A stretch of 64,000 nt of DNA from an uncultured Rivularia sp. (GTDB taxonomy: Bacteria > Cyanobacteriota > Cyanobacteriia > Cyanobacteriales > Nostocaceae). Within the stretch, counting starts at the first letter, position 1. Every line of letters starts with the position of its first letter. The DNA lies in NCBI GenBank assembly GCA_963665115.1, contig OY762007.1, forward strand, positions 4,160,001-4,224,000. The letters are read 5' to 3'. The position numbers and the translations under genes were made by a program. Below are positions 33,098 to 43,962 of the stretch, piece after piece. The notes under the pieces were generated by a model. The model searched no databases. It was not told the origin of the DNA and saw nothing but the letters and a program-made list of their open reading frames with translations.

Positions 33098-33880
33098 TTA
33101 CAAGTTATTTTCAAACAATTCTATAACATGATTCCAAGCATCAATAGCAGCTTCTCTATTTACACTTGGATTTTGTGCTAAAAATGGATACTTATCTACA
33201 AAAAAACCGGCAAAAAATCCATGTCCTGCATCGTATCTAAATACCCGATGATTAATATTATATTTCTTTAACTCTTCTTCTATTTTTTTATTATCTTCCT
33301 GGGAAACTAAGGAATCTTTAGTACCGAAAAACGTATAAATAGTACCTTGAATTTCAGAAGTACGATTTAATGTTGGAACTTCTTCACCATAACTAGGATT
33401 AGTAATTCCACCACCATAAAACGAAGCTGTTGCTTTGATATCTGGTAATGTTGCAGCCATATAAGCAATATGCCCGCCAAAACAGAAACCAATACAGCTA
33501 ATGGAATCAGCTTTTACATTAGGTAAAGTTTTCAGATAAGCAATTGTAGCTTGAATATCGCTGAATATTTCTTGATACTTTACTTGTTGATAATATTCCA
33601 AACCCAAACGATATGCTTCTGGACTATACCCAATATCTTCCGCGCTAAATCCAAATTCAAAACCAGGAGCAATGCGTTGATACATTGCCGGTGCAATTGC
33701 TATATATCCTTGTTGAGCTATTAATTCAGTAATATCTCGAATATTTCTATTAACGCCAAAAATTTCTTGAAAAACGATAACAGCACCTTTCTTCTTATTA
33801 CCTTCTGGTTGAGCTAAATAAGCATCGATTAATAAATCATTATTAGGAATTTGAACGTTGGTAGAATTAATATTAATCAT
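33098..33880 (-). CDS. Dienelactone hydrolase family protein
   Basis: QEIFGVN, GFCFGG, AGHGF. Confidence 0.9.
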   Translation of the reverse strand: MININSTNVQIPNNDLLIDAYLAQPEGNKKKGAVIVFQEIFGVNRNIRDITELIAQQGYIAIAPAMYQRIAPGFEFGFSAEDIGYSPEAYRLGLEYYQQVKYQEIFSDIQATIAYLKTLPNVKADSISCIGFCFGGHIAYMAATLPDIKATASFYGGGITNPSYGEEVPTLNRTSEIQGTIYTFFGTKDSLVSQEDNKKIEEELKKYNINHRVFRYDAGHGFFAGFFVDKYPFLAQNPSVNREAAIDAWNHVIELFENNL

Positions 33881-33989
33881 AGGGCTTTTTCCCTTTAAAA
33901 AACTTGATAAAACTGATTTTCACTTAAATAATTAGGTTGCCTAACAATATAAAATTAGACAACCCAATCATGAAAATACTATAACAAAT

Positions 33990-34391
33990 TTACTGCAAAG
34001 CTTTTGATAAAATACCCGCTACATCCGCTCCACCTTTCTGCTGCACAAAACTGAGAATTATAGGGAAGAATTTAGTTACCATATTGCCATCCATTCCCAA
34101 CTTAGAGAAACCACCAGCCAAACTCATTAAATTTCCTAAAGCAGCACCTTGACCACCACCCATCATACCAGCAGCCATGCCACCTAAAGCACCCATCATT
34201 CCACCGCCGCCGGATTCTTCGGTAGGTGCAGAACCTAAAAGCACATCAGAACCGGGAATAGCTGATGCAACTTTTGCAAATTCCCCACCACCAAGTTTAT
34301 CCTGAGCAAGCTTCAAGATTAAACCAGCCCCACCTTTTGCTTGATCTTCCCCTACGCCAAGATTGCTTACTAATTGTTGAACGAGTTCCAT
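33990..34391 (-). CDS. DUF2780-like Gly-rich protein
   Basis: LGVGEDQAKGGAG...FSKLGMD pattern. Confidence 0.7.
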   Translation of the reverse strand: MELVQQLVSNLGVGEDQAKGGAGLILKLAQDKLGGGEFAKVASAIPGSDVLLGSAPTEESGGGGMMGALGGMAAGMMGGGQGAALGNLMSLAGGFSKLGMDGNMVTKFFPIILSFVQQKGGADVAGILSKALQ

Positions 34392-34686
34392 AATTTAACT
34401 CCTGTTTAAAATTAACGATTTACTATTTTTAGTATTCCGCATTACACGAGTTCATTTACCCATCGATTGTACCTGCCGTCAAGGTATGAGAAATAGTTAT
34501 ATGTGATGTGTTGTGATGTGGTGCATTCAGCCGAAATTCTGGGGCGATCGCGCTGTATTGATCTTAATAAATTATCATAAATAAAAGTCAACTGTAGGTT
34601 GGGTTAGGCGCATTTTTAACTTTGATATTGAATGAAAAATCTTGAATTACGCCGTAACCCAACAGTTAATTGTGTTGCGAATATTT

Positions 34687-35965
34687 CTAATCTCTATAAA
34701 CCTTCTCCATCCTCAATTTCTCAACCTCCAACTTCAATCTTTGATTTTCTTCTTTAATCACCTCTACTTCATTCCTTTTACTCAAAGCCGTATCAATAGC
34801 TAACTTCCGCATATCCAAGGAAAACCAACGCTGATAAGTTTGAGTATGCACCTGTACGCTGTGACCCCAAATTATCTGCTGCTGCTTTGATGGGAATTCC
34901 TAATATATGCGCTCGAATTGCCCAAGCATGACGTAAGTCATAGGGTTTAAAGTCTAATCCAATTTTACGAAACCACCAGCTAACTCGTTGCGTTAATGCG
35001 GTTATCTGTGCATGATTTTTTTGATCTTTTTTATCGATTGCATCTACCAGCATTTCTAAATATTTGGGATTTCTTAAATTAAAGTCTGCAATCCATTGTT
35101 TATATAAAGGTAGTGCTTCTCTTTCCCCCGTTTTGCAATCTCTATCTACCTTCCAGGTCATATCTGCATTATCTTCGCTTAACCACCACTCAACGTTGGG
35201 GTTGATAAACAATTCTCGCGGACGCAAACCGTACACCGCAAGCATCCCATATATCCAGCGCCATAGTTGCCAGCTATCTTTAACATTTTGATTAACTTGT
35301 TTGCCTCTAATGTTAAGGTAATCTGCAAATTTGATAAATCCTGTAGATATTTCTGCATCGGTGGGTATCTTACGAGAATTATGTTCCGGCATTTTGGAAT
35401 ATTTTGATAAATCAATCTCGATTTTGAACGTTGTGCAAAATGCTGATATTGCTCTGGCTGCATTGTATCTCGCCCATTCTTTATCGATTTTTTCAATTGC
35501 ACCGATCAGATTTTCGGCGATCGCCAAATCTTGAGAATTAGTATATCGTTTGGTTCGAGTAAAATAATAGTAAAAAGTATGTTCGCTTTTAGTAGTGCGT
35601 TGATGGGTTTGAAAATATTCTAATTCAAATTTATCCAATAATTCACCTATAGTTTTAAAGTCTTTATTTCTTGCTTCTCTTCCTAGATATTTATCATTCC
35701 ATACAAAAGTTTTACGAGCAATTAATTTACCTAACTCGTATGCTTCCTCCTCAGCAGTTTTTAAACCATCTAAATTAGCCGGAAGATTTAAACTAATATT
35801 GTATTGCTTTTTACTCGTTCCTTTTTTATCTATATCTCCTGGTTTACTTGGTAAAGTAGCACGCAATTGTAAACTGCCGTTAGATTCTCTAATAGTAACT
35901 TTTGTCTTGGCTAATTTGAAACGCTGGTTTACTTTTTCTAATTCTAATAAGAGTTTTTCTTTCAT
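34687..35965 (-). CDS. xisA: nifD element recombinase XisA (+1 frameshift at CCCC 34865-34868)
   Basis: RESNGSLQLRATLP, YDLRHAWAIRAH; removing one base restores LGHSVQVHTQTYQRWF and a stop at 34687. Confidence 0.92.
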
Positions 35966-36105
35966 ATGTAATTTTTACGGTTATAGAACTAGTTTGTAGT
36001 AAAGACTTTAGTATTCATAGGGTTAAAGCCCTTACTACGAACAAAAAATCTCAATCCTAGAAATGCATCGTTTTATTTAGGCTAAAGCAAATCGTAAAAT
36101 AAATA

Positions 36106-36152
36106 TGTAACAAAAGAACAATGTTTAATGCTTACATTGTTCTTAAAAAACA
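36106..36152. promoter_or_regulatory. Three tandem TGT-N9-ACA boxes (16-bp period) upstream of xisA; NtcA-type sites
   Basis: TGTaacaaaagaACA a TGTttaatgcttACA t TGTtcttaaaaaACA; NtcA is known to bind such repeats upstream of Anabaena xisA. Confidence 0.75.
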
Positions 36153-36184
36153 TGAAAATACTTATTTTTAAAAAATAATAAAAA

Positions 36185-36341
36185 GGATTACTCCGGTCCT
36201 TATCACGGTTATGATGGCTTCGCTATCTTCGCTCGTGACATGGATCTAGCAATCAACAATCCTTCCTGGAAATTGATTGGAACTCCTTGGAAGAAAGAAG
36301 AAGCTGCTGCTACTAATCAAGCTGCTAAAGCTTCTGTTTAG
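36185..36341 (+). CDS. nifD: NifD fragment 3 (C-terminus)
   Basis: [51 protein letters not shown]. Confidence 0.95.
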
Positions 36342-36452
36342 GGATTAAAGAAATAGGACGGGGGAACATCCCCCTATTTCTTATCTCCCAATCAAACCAC
36401 TAACTTTTATTTATAAACGACGATTATACTCGTCAAACTTGGAGAACACATA

Positions 36453-36724
36453 ATGCCACAGAATCCAGATAAAATTCAAGATCACGTAGAGCTATTTCAC
36501 CAGCCTGAATACCAAGAGCTTTTCGAGGGCAAGAAGAAGTTTGAAGGTGGACACGACCCCCGAAGAAGTTAAGAAAATTGCAGAATGGACTAAATCTTGG
36601 GAATATCGCGAAAAGAACTTCAGCCGTGAAGCTTTGACCGTAAACCCTGCTAAAGCTTGTCAGCCTTTAGGAGCAATCTATGCTGCTGCTGGCTTTGAAG
36701 GTACATTACCTTTCGTCCAAGGCA
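36453..36724 (+). CDS. nifK: NifK fragment 1 (+1 frameshift in C5 run 36557-36561)
   Basis: MPQNPDKIQDHVELFHQPEY...NPAKACQPLGA...GFEGTLPFVQG. Confidence 0.93.
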
Positions 36725-38561
36725 ATAAATTTCTAATCTTGAAACACTTATAATCAGAAAAGTTTCAATCTTTTCAAGATAGCAGTTGCTTTAATCTTGC
36801 TTCTTAACTAACTATTCTTTTAATCCAAAAATCGATAAAAGTACTAATTGTAATATATAAATCAAGCTTTATTAAGTTGCTTATAATTTGCTTAATTAAA
36901 ATTGTAAATATTACAAACAAACATAATCTTTATCATGTTCGTTGAGAACAACTATGGATGTATATATAAATATTGAAGCTAAATTTAGGCTAATAATAAA
37001 AAAACAGGTCGAATAACCTGTTAATAACTACAAATATTACGCTTAGGTTAATTCATCTGTATAGTTAAACGTAATTTAGTTAATTCCAATTCTAATTCCA
37101 GGTTTCTTTTACGTAAAGCTGCTATTTCATCTTTCAATTTATCAATCCGATCAATTTCTTCAAAGGTTTGATTAAATGCTGTACGTCTATTTTCTAAGCT
37201 AAACCATCGCTGATAAGTCTTAGTATGCTCTTCCACTGTATGACCTAAATTATCAGCAGCAGCTTTAATCGGGACTCCTTGTAATTGTGCCCTAATAGCG
37301 CAAGCATGGCGTAAATCGTAAGGTACAAAGGGTATTTTTGTTGATGAGAAATATTTAGATATAACGCTAACTTTATCAGTGAGTTGTCTCTCCGAATTCC
37401 AAATAGAAAATGATTTTAATGCATCTATACCTTCAAAATCATTTTTTAAATTTAAAAGTTGAATCCACTCGGGTACGAAAGGAAAAACTTCTCTGTATCC
37501 AGTTTTATTTGATTCATGTACTTTAAAAGTATTGTAATTATTCTCGGATGACATTAACCAGTTTAAATCTGGATGATTAATTATTTCTCTAGGGCGTAAA
37601 CCGTAAATAGCTAATAGTTTATAGATAAACTTCATAGCTCTGTTTTTAGGAATAGTCTTACTACCATATCTAGATATTGTTTTTATTCTTTCATCAAACA
37701 ATGAGATTGATTTAGCTATCAGACTGTCGCTAGGTATATCTCTGTGTTTTGGCTTTTGCTTTAATTTTAAATTATTAAAACTAGCTTCAATTTGTAATTC
37801 CTGGCAAATATAATCAACAGCCCTAATTGTTTTATTCCGGGTATATGGTTCTTGTATAGATAATATTCTTTGCTTTAAAGTATCAGCGTTTATCATTTCA
37901 TCACCCATCAAAGCTTTATGAAATGAGTATCTTAAACTATGGAAAGTATGTTCGCTTTTTAAAGTTTTCTTTCTCTTGCTAAAGTATCTATCTTCTAATT
38001 GATTGTAAAATTCGTCATAAGTAATATTTTTATTTTTTAAAGCTTGTTGCCCTAAATATTTATCAGTCCACTGAAAAATGTGACGAGCGATTAACTTACC
38101 TAACTCACAAGCTTCTTCTTCAGCCGTCTTTAGCCCGTCAAAACTAGCTGGTATCCCCAGACTTATTTTATATTGCTTCTTGTCTTTAGCTTGCTTGTGA
38201 GTATCACCAGGTTTGAGTGGAAGTGTGGCGAGTAATTGTATTGCTCCTCCTGTAGCAGTCAAAGTAACCTTACACTTGCTAGCTTTTAGTCTTTGATTAA
38301 CTTCGATCAATTCCTCTTCAAATTTCATATCAAAATGTTTTTTTGTCATGTCTGAGATATTCTTCATACCTCTATAGGTTCCATCAGAAGTGCTAGGAAC
38401 TTCAAAGTCGCTAAAAACCTTGTCCTGTATGTCTTTCATAAATTTGCTTAAATATTGCTTAAAAATTGGAATGTTCTACTTGAACTAACATTATTTGAAA
38501 TAAGTTTATAGCAAACATTATAGACTTTTTAATGCTTTAAACAAACCATAGTTCCAAGGCA
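36716..38561. mobile_element. nifK excision element 1 (1,837 bp; direct repeat TCCAAGGCA at 36716-36724 and 38553-38561)
   Basis: Excision restores PFVQGSQGC. Confidence 0.93.
37048..38439 (-). CDS. XisA-like tyrosine recombinase of nifK element 1
   Basis: YGLRPRE, YDLRHACAIR, LGHTVEEHTKTYQRWF. Confidence 0.93.
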   Translation of the reverse strand: MKDIQDKVFSDFEVPSTSDGTYRGMKNISDMTKKHFDMKFEEELIEVNQRLKASKCKVTLTATGGAIQLLATLPLKPGDTHKQAKDKKQYKISLGIPASFDGLKTAEEEACELGKLIARHIFQWTDKYLGQQALKNKNITYDEFYNQLEDRYFSKRKKTLKSEHTFHSLRYSFHKALMGDEMINADTLKQRILSIQEPYTRNKTIRAVDYICQELQIEASFNNLKLKQKPKHRDIPSDSLIAKSISLFDERIKTISRYGSKTIPKNRAMKFIYKLLAIYGLRPREIINHPDLNWLMSSENNYNTFKVHESNKTGYREVFPFVPEWIQLLNLKNDFEGIDALKSFSIWNSERQLTDKVSVISKYFSSTKIPFVPYDLRHACAIRAQLQGVPIKAAADNLGHTVEEHTKTYQRWFSLENRRTAFNQTFEEIDRIDKLKDEIAALRKRNLELELELTKLRLTIQMN

Positions 38562-38586
38562 GTCAAGGTTGTGTGGCTTACTTCCG
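38553..38586 (+). CDS. nifK: NifK fragment 2 (34-bp micro-fragment, QGSQGCVAYFR)
   Basis: tc CAA GGC AGT CAA GGT TGT GTG GCT TAC TTC CG supplies exactly the residues missing between fragments 1 and 3. Confidence 0.93.
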
Positions 38587-40436
38587 ATTCAATTTAATAA
38601 TCTTTGAAATATTTAAAAATAAAACGTTGAGAAATCATATTTTGTTTCTCACTACTATTTCACTATAATTACTAGCTAGATAGACCTAATCTTCAATAGA
38701 AACAACAAACTTACTTGCAATTATTACACTATTTTTCACCTAACTATTAAATTTAACAAAATCATTGAAAATAGGAAGTATAATTAAAATTGTCTTTAAG
38801 TGAATTCAAAGAATAAATTAGTAGATTATAAATTATAGCAAGCAGTTTTTATGACCATCGAAAAAACAAAAAGTAGGCATTCTCAGCCTACTTTAAAAAA
38901 GGGTGTTAAGTTTGATAGCAAATAATCACATCATCTGAGAAAATTTAAATCTAGCTAATTCAGTTTCTAATTCAGCTATACGCTTTTTAAGACCTGTATT
39001 TTCCACTTCAAGTTCATTAAGTCTAGACATCTGATTAAAAGTTTGATTAAAAGCTTTTCTTCTATTCTCCAAACCGAACCATCTTTGATAAACTTTAGTA
39101 TGCATCTCTACAGAATGACCTAAGTTATCGGCTGCGGCTTTAATAGGTACTCCTTGCAGGTGTGCCCGAATAGCACAAGCGTGACGTAAATCATATGGAG
39201 AAAAAGAGATTCCGCAACTTTTAAAGCTACCTGCTATCTTATTTACTTTGCTAGATAATTCAATTGCAGTTCCCTTGCTAAAAGAATACTCTTTTAACAT
39301 ATGTAATCCTTTTTGATTTTTTACATCAAAAAGTTCAATCCATTCAGGTACAAACGGAAAAACTTCCCTGTATCCAGTTTTATTTGATTCATGTACTTTA
39401 AAAGTATTGTGTTCGTTTTCGGGAGATACAAGCCAATCCAGATCGGGATTATTCATCACTTCTCTAGGACGTAAACCATAAACAGCTAACAATGCATAAA
39501 CTGTTTTATACTTCAACCAATTATTTTCATATTTTTTTTGACCTTTGACTTTTTCATTAAAATGTTTTTCAAAAAAAAGTATTCCTGTTTCAATCTCTTT
39601 ATCGGTAGGTATCAATCTTTGTTGAGGTTTTGTTTTAGGTATCAAGTCTGATAAATTAGCTTTAATCCCTAATGAGTTAAGAATTATCTTACCCATAGTA
39701 ACCATTGTCCTTTTGGATGCATCATATGGTACTTTCTTAATTTTATCCCTAACTGAAAACTCTGTAATTACTTCACTCCCAGAAAAAACTGCTCTGTATC
39801 TTCTTTTGTAGCTAAGTAAAGTTCCTTCACTTTTGATAGTTCTTTTTCTCTCCGAAAAATATCTTTCCTCAAACTGTTCGTAAAACTCATCAAATGTTAT
39901 GGTCTTTTTCTTCTTCGCTTGAACTCCTAAATATTTATCATTCCAAATAAAAGTTTTACGAGCGATTAACTTTCCTAATTCCTGTGCTTCTTCTTCAGCA
40001 GTTTTTAAGCCATCGAAATTAGCTGGAATACCTAACGATATAGTGTACTGCTTTTTATCTTGACCTTTTGAATCAGTGTCACCGAGTTTCAATGGGAGAG
40101 TAGCCCGTAACTGAATAGTTCCACTCCTAGATTCTATGCTTACTTTTGTTTTACCAGCTTTCAATCGTTTATTAATTTCTGTTATTTCTTGCCCGAACTT
40201 GGCTTGTACGTGTTTACGAGTTTCACTCACGTGTCTTTTGAGTCCTAAATAACTACCGTCGGTAGTTGCTGGAGGTTCAAAGTCTTCAAAAACCTTTCCC
40301 TGTATATCTGCCATGTTTACACTAGATGTACACTAAAATATTTTCAGTTCGCTACAAACAAGTAAACAAACTTTCATTTGATCTCTGTAAACATTTTAGG
40401 TTTAATTAGACTTCTTACTCAAGTGGAATACTTCCG
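38579..40436. mobile_element. nifK excision element 2 (1,850 bp; direct repeat TACTTCCG at 38579-38586 and 40429-40436)
   Basis: Excision restores CVAYFRSHLTRHFKEP. Confidence 0.93.
38926..40314 (-). CDS. XisA-like tyrosine recombinase of nifK element 2
   Basis: YGLRPRE, YDLRHACAIR, LGHSVEMHTKVYQRWF. Confidence 0.93.
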   Translation of the reverse strand: MADIQGKVFEDFEPPATTDGSYLGLKRHVSETRKHVQAKFGQEITEINKRLKAGKTKVSIESRSGTIQLRATLPLKLGDTDSKGQDKKQYTISLGIPANFDGLKTAEEEAQELGKLIARKTFIWNDKYLGVQAKKKKTITFDEFYEQFEERYFSERKRTIKSEGTLLSYKRRYRAVFSGSEVITEFSVRDKIKKVPYDASKRTMVTMGKIILNSLGIKANLSDLIPKTKPQQRLIPTDKEIETGILFFEKHFNEKVKGQKKYENNWLKYKTVYALLAVYGLRPREVMNNPDLDWLVSPENEHNTFKVHESNKTGYREVFPFVPEWIELFDVKNQKGLHMLKEYSFSKGTAIELSSKVNKIAGSFKSCGISFSPYDLRHACAIRAHLQGVPIKAAADNLGHSVEMHTKVYQRWFGLENRRKAFNQTFNQMSRLNELEVENTGLKKRIAELETELARFKFSQMM

Positions 40437-41676
40437 TTCCCACTTAACCCGTCACTTCAAAGAGCCTTTCTCTGCTGTTTCTTCTTCAATGACTGAAGAT
40501 GCTGCGGTATTCGGTGGTTTGAAGAATATGATTGATGGTTTGACTAATGCTTACGAGCTTTACAAGCCTAAAATGATTGCCGTTTCCACTACCTGTATGG
40601 CTGAGGTAATTGGAGATGACTTGGGTTCATTTATCGGTAATACTAAAAATGAAGGTGGTATTCCTGAAGATTTACCCGTACCTTTCGCTCACACTCCTAG
40701 CTTCGTAGGTTCTCATATTACCGGCTACGATAATATGATGAAGGGTATTCTTCAAAACCTGACTCAAGGTAAGAAGAAAGATAAAACCAATGGCAAAATC
40801 AATATCATTCCTGGTTTTGATACCTACGTTGGCAACTTGCGCGAAGTTAAGCGTATTGCTAAGTTAATGGATATTGACTACACCTTGTTGGCTGACAACT
40901 CCGATTACGTTGATGCACCCAACGATGGTAAGTTCAATATGTACCCCAAAGGTACAAAATTGGAAGATGCTGCTGATTCTTGCAATGCTGAAGCTACACT
41001 TTGCTTGCAAGCACATTCTACTCCTAAGACTCGCGAGTTAATAGAGAAAGAGTGGAAGCAACCCACTTCAGTTATTCGCCCTTGGGGTATTCGCGGAACT
41101 GATGAGTTCTTAATGAAACTCAGCGAATTGACTGGTAAGCCCATTCCTCAAGAGTTAGAAGAAGAGCGCGGCCGTGCAGTTGACGCTATGACTGACTCTC
41201 ACGCTTGGTTACACGGAAAGAAATTTGCTATCTTCGGCGACCCCGATTTAGTATATGGTATGACCAGCTTCTTAATGGAATTAGGTGCAGAACCCGTTCA
41301 CGTTTTGGTTCACAACTCCAACGAGAAGTTCAAAACCGAAATCGAAGAGTTATGCTCTAGCAACGAATACGGTAAAGGTGCAACCTTCTGGCCTGGTAAA
41401 GACTTGTGGCATATGCGTTCTTTACTATTCACCGAGCCTGTAGACTTCATGATCGGTAACTCCTACGGTAAGTACTTGGAGCGCGATACCAAGACTCCTT
41501 TAATCAGAGTTGGTTATCCTATCATGGATCGTCACAATCTACACCGTTACTCTACCATTGGTTATGAAGGTACAATCAACCTAATTACCTGGGTTGTAAA
41601 CGCTATCTTTGAAGAAATCGATCGTAGCACCAACATTCCTTCTAAGACAGATATTTCCTTCGACTTAATTCGTTAG
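40429..41676 (+). CDS. nifK: NifK fragment 3
   Basis: YFRSHLTRHFKEP...TTCMAEVIGDD...TDISFDLIR. Confidence 0.96.
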   Translation, partial: YFRSHLTRHFKEPFSAVSSSMTEDAAVFGGLKNMIDGLTNAYELYKPKMIAVSTTCMAEVIGDDLGSFIGNTKNEGGIPEDLPVPFAHTPSFVGSHITGYDNMMKGILQNLTQGKKKDKTNGKINIIPGFDTYVGNLREVKRIAKLMDIDYTLLADNSDYVDAPNDGKFNMYPKGTKLEDAADSCNAEATLCLQAHSTPKTRELIEKEWKQPTSVIRPWGIRGTDEFLMKLSELTGKPIPQELEEERGRAVDAMTDSHAWLHGKKFAIFGDPDLVYGMTSFLMELGAEPVHVLVHNSNEKFKTEIEELCSSNEYGKGATFWPGKDLWHMRSLLFTEPVDFMIGNSYGKYLERDTKTPLIRVGYPIMDRHNLHRYSTIGYEGTINLITWVVNAIFEEIDRSTNIPSKTDISFDLIR

Positions 41677-41832
41677 AAATTAAGTTAACCCACGAATGTC
41701 GCTTGCCTTTTGAGAAAAAGGTAATGGTAATTAAGGATGAGGTATAAAGGCTCAAGTATGAAATAGTTGTATTTTTCATCCTTCATCCTTTATACTTCTG
41801 ACTTCCTTTTTTACCTTTTCCTTTTTTCAAAG

Positions 41833-41877
41833 GGCATTGGGCATTGGGCATTGGGCATTGGGAATTGGGCATTGGGA
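41833..41877 (+). repeat. STRR heptamer array (GGGCATT)n
   Basis: Seen directly. Confidence 0.85.
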
Positions 41878-42046
41878 AAATACAAATATTAGTATAATCA
41901 GCTATTTAAGTATATTTTAGTTATTTTGAATTTATATAAAATTGATCGTACCAAAATATAGGATTATGTTTTATAAAATCATCTGAATTCAAATTAAAGC
42001 AGACTTTTTCAAATAAATAATTCATACTTTACTATTAGGCTTAAAA

Positions 42047-43441
42047 ATGAAAATCACTCAAAGCAAAATCAACGAACTGCTAACCGAACCAGGGTGCGAA
42101 CACAATCACGAAAAAAATGGAGAGAAGAAAAATAAAGCCTGCAAGCAACAAGCACAACCTGGAGCAGCCCAAGGAGGTTGTTCTTTTGATGGAGCAATGA
42201 TTGCTCTGGTTCCAATTACCGATGCTGCTCATTTGGTACACGGACCTATTGCTTGTGCTGGTAATTCTTGGGGTAGTCGCGGTAGCCTTTCTTCTGGCCC
42301 AATGCTTTACAAAACAGGCTTTACTACCGACTTGAACGAAAATGATGTTATCTTCGGTAGCGAGAAAAAGCTTTACAAGGCTATCCAACACGTACAACAG
42401 AATCATAATCCCGAAGCTATATTTGTTTATTCCACTTGTGTCACAGCTTTAACGGGTGAAGATATAGATGCAGTTTGCAAAGCTGCTGCAAAAAAAGTTG
42501 GTATTCCTGTTATTCCTGTCAACGCACCAGGTTTTATTGGTAGTAAAAATCTTGGAAATCGTCTGGCTGGAGAGACTTTATTAGACTATGTTGTCGGTAC
42601 TTCTGAACCGGAATACACCACTCCATACGATATTAATTTGATCGGCGAATACAACATCGCTGGCGAGATGTGGAATGTTACACCAGTATTAGAAAAATTA
42701 GGCGTTCGCGTCTTAAGTAAAATTACAGGTGATGCCCGTTATAAAGAAGTCTCTTATGCTCACCGTGCCAAGCTGAACGTAATGATTTGCTCCAAAGCCA
42801 TGATCAATATGGCGCGGAAAATGGAGGAGCGTTATGGAATTCCTTATATAGAAGAGTCTTTTTACGGTGTAGCTGATATGAACCGCTTTTTGAGAACTGT
42901 AGCAAGTAAGTTGGGAGATAAAGATTTACAGGAGCGGACTGAAAAATTAATTGCCGAAGAAACTGCAAAGTTAGATGAAAAATTAGCTCCCTATCGTGCC
43001 CGGTTGAAAGGCAAGCGCGTTGTACTTTATACCGGAGGCGTAAAGAGCTGGTCAATTATTTCTGCTGCAAAAGACTTGGGCATGGAAGTTGTTGCCACCA
43101 GTACAAAAAAAAGTACGGAAGAAGATAAAGCCAAAATTCAGAAGTTGCTGGGTAAAGACGGAATTACCATGTCCAAGGGCAACCCCCAGGAATTGATCCG
43201 AGTAATCGGTGAAACCAAAGCAGATATGCTGATTGCTGGCGGTAGAAATCAATACACTGCTCTCAAAGCAAGAATTCCTTTCCTCGACATCAACCAAGAA
43301 CGTCATCACGCTTATGCAGGCTATGACGGAATGGTAAATATGGCCCGAGAATTAGACGAAGCGCTCTACAGCCCAGTTTGGCAACAAATACGTCAGCCTG
43401 CTCCTTGGGAAATCAGTGAACAGTTAACAGTCAACAGTTAA
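42047..43441 (+). CDS. nifE: FeMo-cofactor scaffold NifE (uninterrupted)
   Basis: [37 protein letters not shown]. Confidence 0.96.
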   Translation: MKITQSKINELLTEPGCEHNHEKNGEKKNKACKQQAQPGAAQGGCSFDGAMIALVPITDAAHLVHGPIACAGNSWGSRGSLSSGPMLYKTGFTTDLNENDVIFGSEKKLYKAIQHVQQNHNPEAIFVYSTCVTALTGEDIDAVCKAAAKKVGIPVIPVNAPGFIGSKNLGNRLAGETLLDYVVGTSEPEYTTPYDINLIGEYNIAGEMWNVTPVLEKLGVRVLSKITGDARYKEVSYAHRAKLNVMICSKAMINMARKMEERYGIPYIEESFYGVADMNRFLRTVASKLGDKDLQERTEKLIAEETAKLDEKLAPYRARLKGKRVVLYTGGVKSWSIISAAKDLGMEVVATSTKKSTEEDKAKIQKLLGKDGITMSKGNPQELIRVIGETKADMLIAGGRNQYTALKARIPFLDINQERHHAYAGYDGMVNMARELDEALYSPVWQQIRQPAPWEISEQLTVNS

Positions 43442-43537
43442 CAGTAATCAGTTACCAGTTACCAAGAATTTTTTTTAAAATTGATCGCAACCGATTTAGG
43501 AAATTGTGTTGAACTTTCGTAGTGGGAGCGTCTCGCT

Positions 43538-43700
43538 CCCTATTCCCCATATTTCCTATTTATTGTTTCCAATTGCCCATTCGTTATTCTTAATTCCTAA
43601 TTCCCAATCCCAATTTAAAATCTTTGACCTCTAACCCTATTCCCCATATTTCCTATTTATTGTTTCTAATTGCCCATTCGTTATTCTTAATTCCCAATTT
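43538..43700 (+). repeat. Duplication of ~60 bp upstream of nifN
   Basis: ccctattccccatatttcctatttattgtttc.aattgcccattcgttattcttaattcc at about 43538 and 43635. Confidence 0.75.
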
Positions 43701-43728
43701 AAAACCTTTAACCTCTAACCTTTAAATT

Positions 43729-43848
43729 ATGGCTATTGTCGCAACTCAAAATAAACCAGTTATAGTCAATCCTCTCAAGCAAAGCCAAACCTTGGGTGCA
43801 ACTTTAGCCTTTCTAGGATTGAAAGGTATGATACCACTCGTCCACGGT
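43729..43848 (+). CDS. nifN: NifN fragment 1 (40 codons)
   Basis: MAIVATQNKPVIVNPLKQSQTLGATLAFLGLKGMIPLVHG; absent from ORF track. Confidence 0.93.
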
Positions 43849-43962
43849 ATTCGAGGTTGACTTAAAACCCTAATATCTCGTAAACTGTTTGCCTCTAACT
43901 ATTTAGTTTAACTAATAGTTTAAGCTGAACATTTACAAGATTAGTCAATATTTAGTCAACAG

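Larger units (their letters stand above)
6333..36195. mobile_element. Canonical xisA-type nifD excision element (29,852 bp; direct repeat GGATTACTCCG at 6333-6343 and 36185-36195)
   Basis: Perfect 11-bp repeat matching the known Anabaena nifD site; excision restores [15 protein letters not shown]. Confidence 0.96.

Noticed and set aside
40378..40428. ORF-track N-terminus MISVNILG... of NifK
   Set aside because: Element sequence that happens to be in frame; nifK similarity starts at the TACTTCCG repeat
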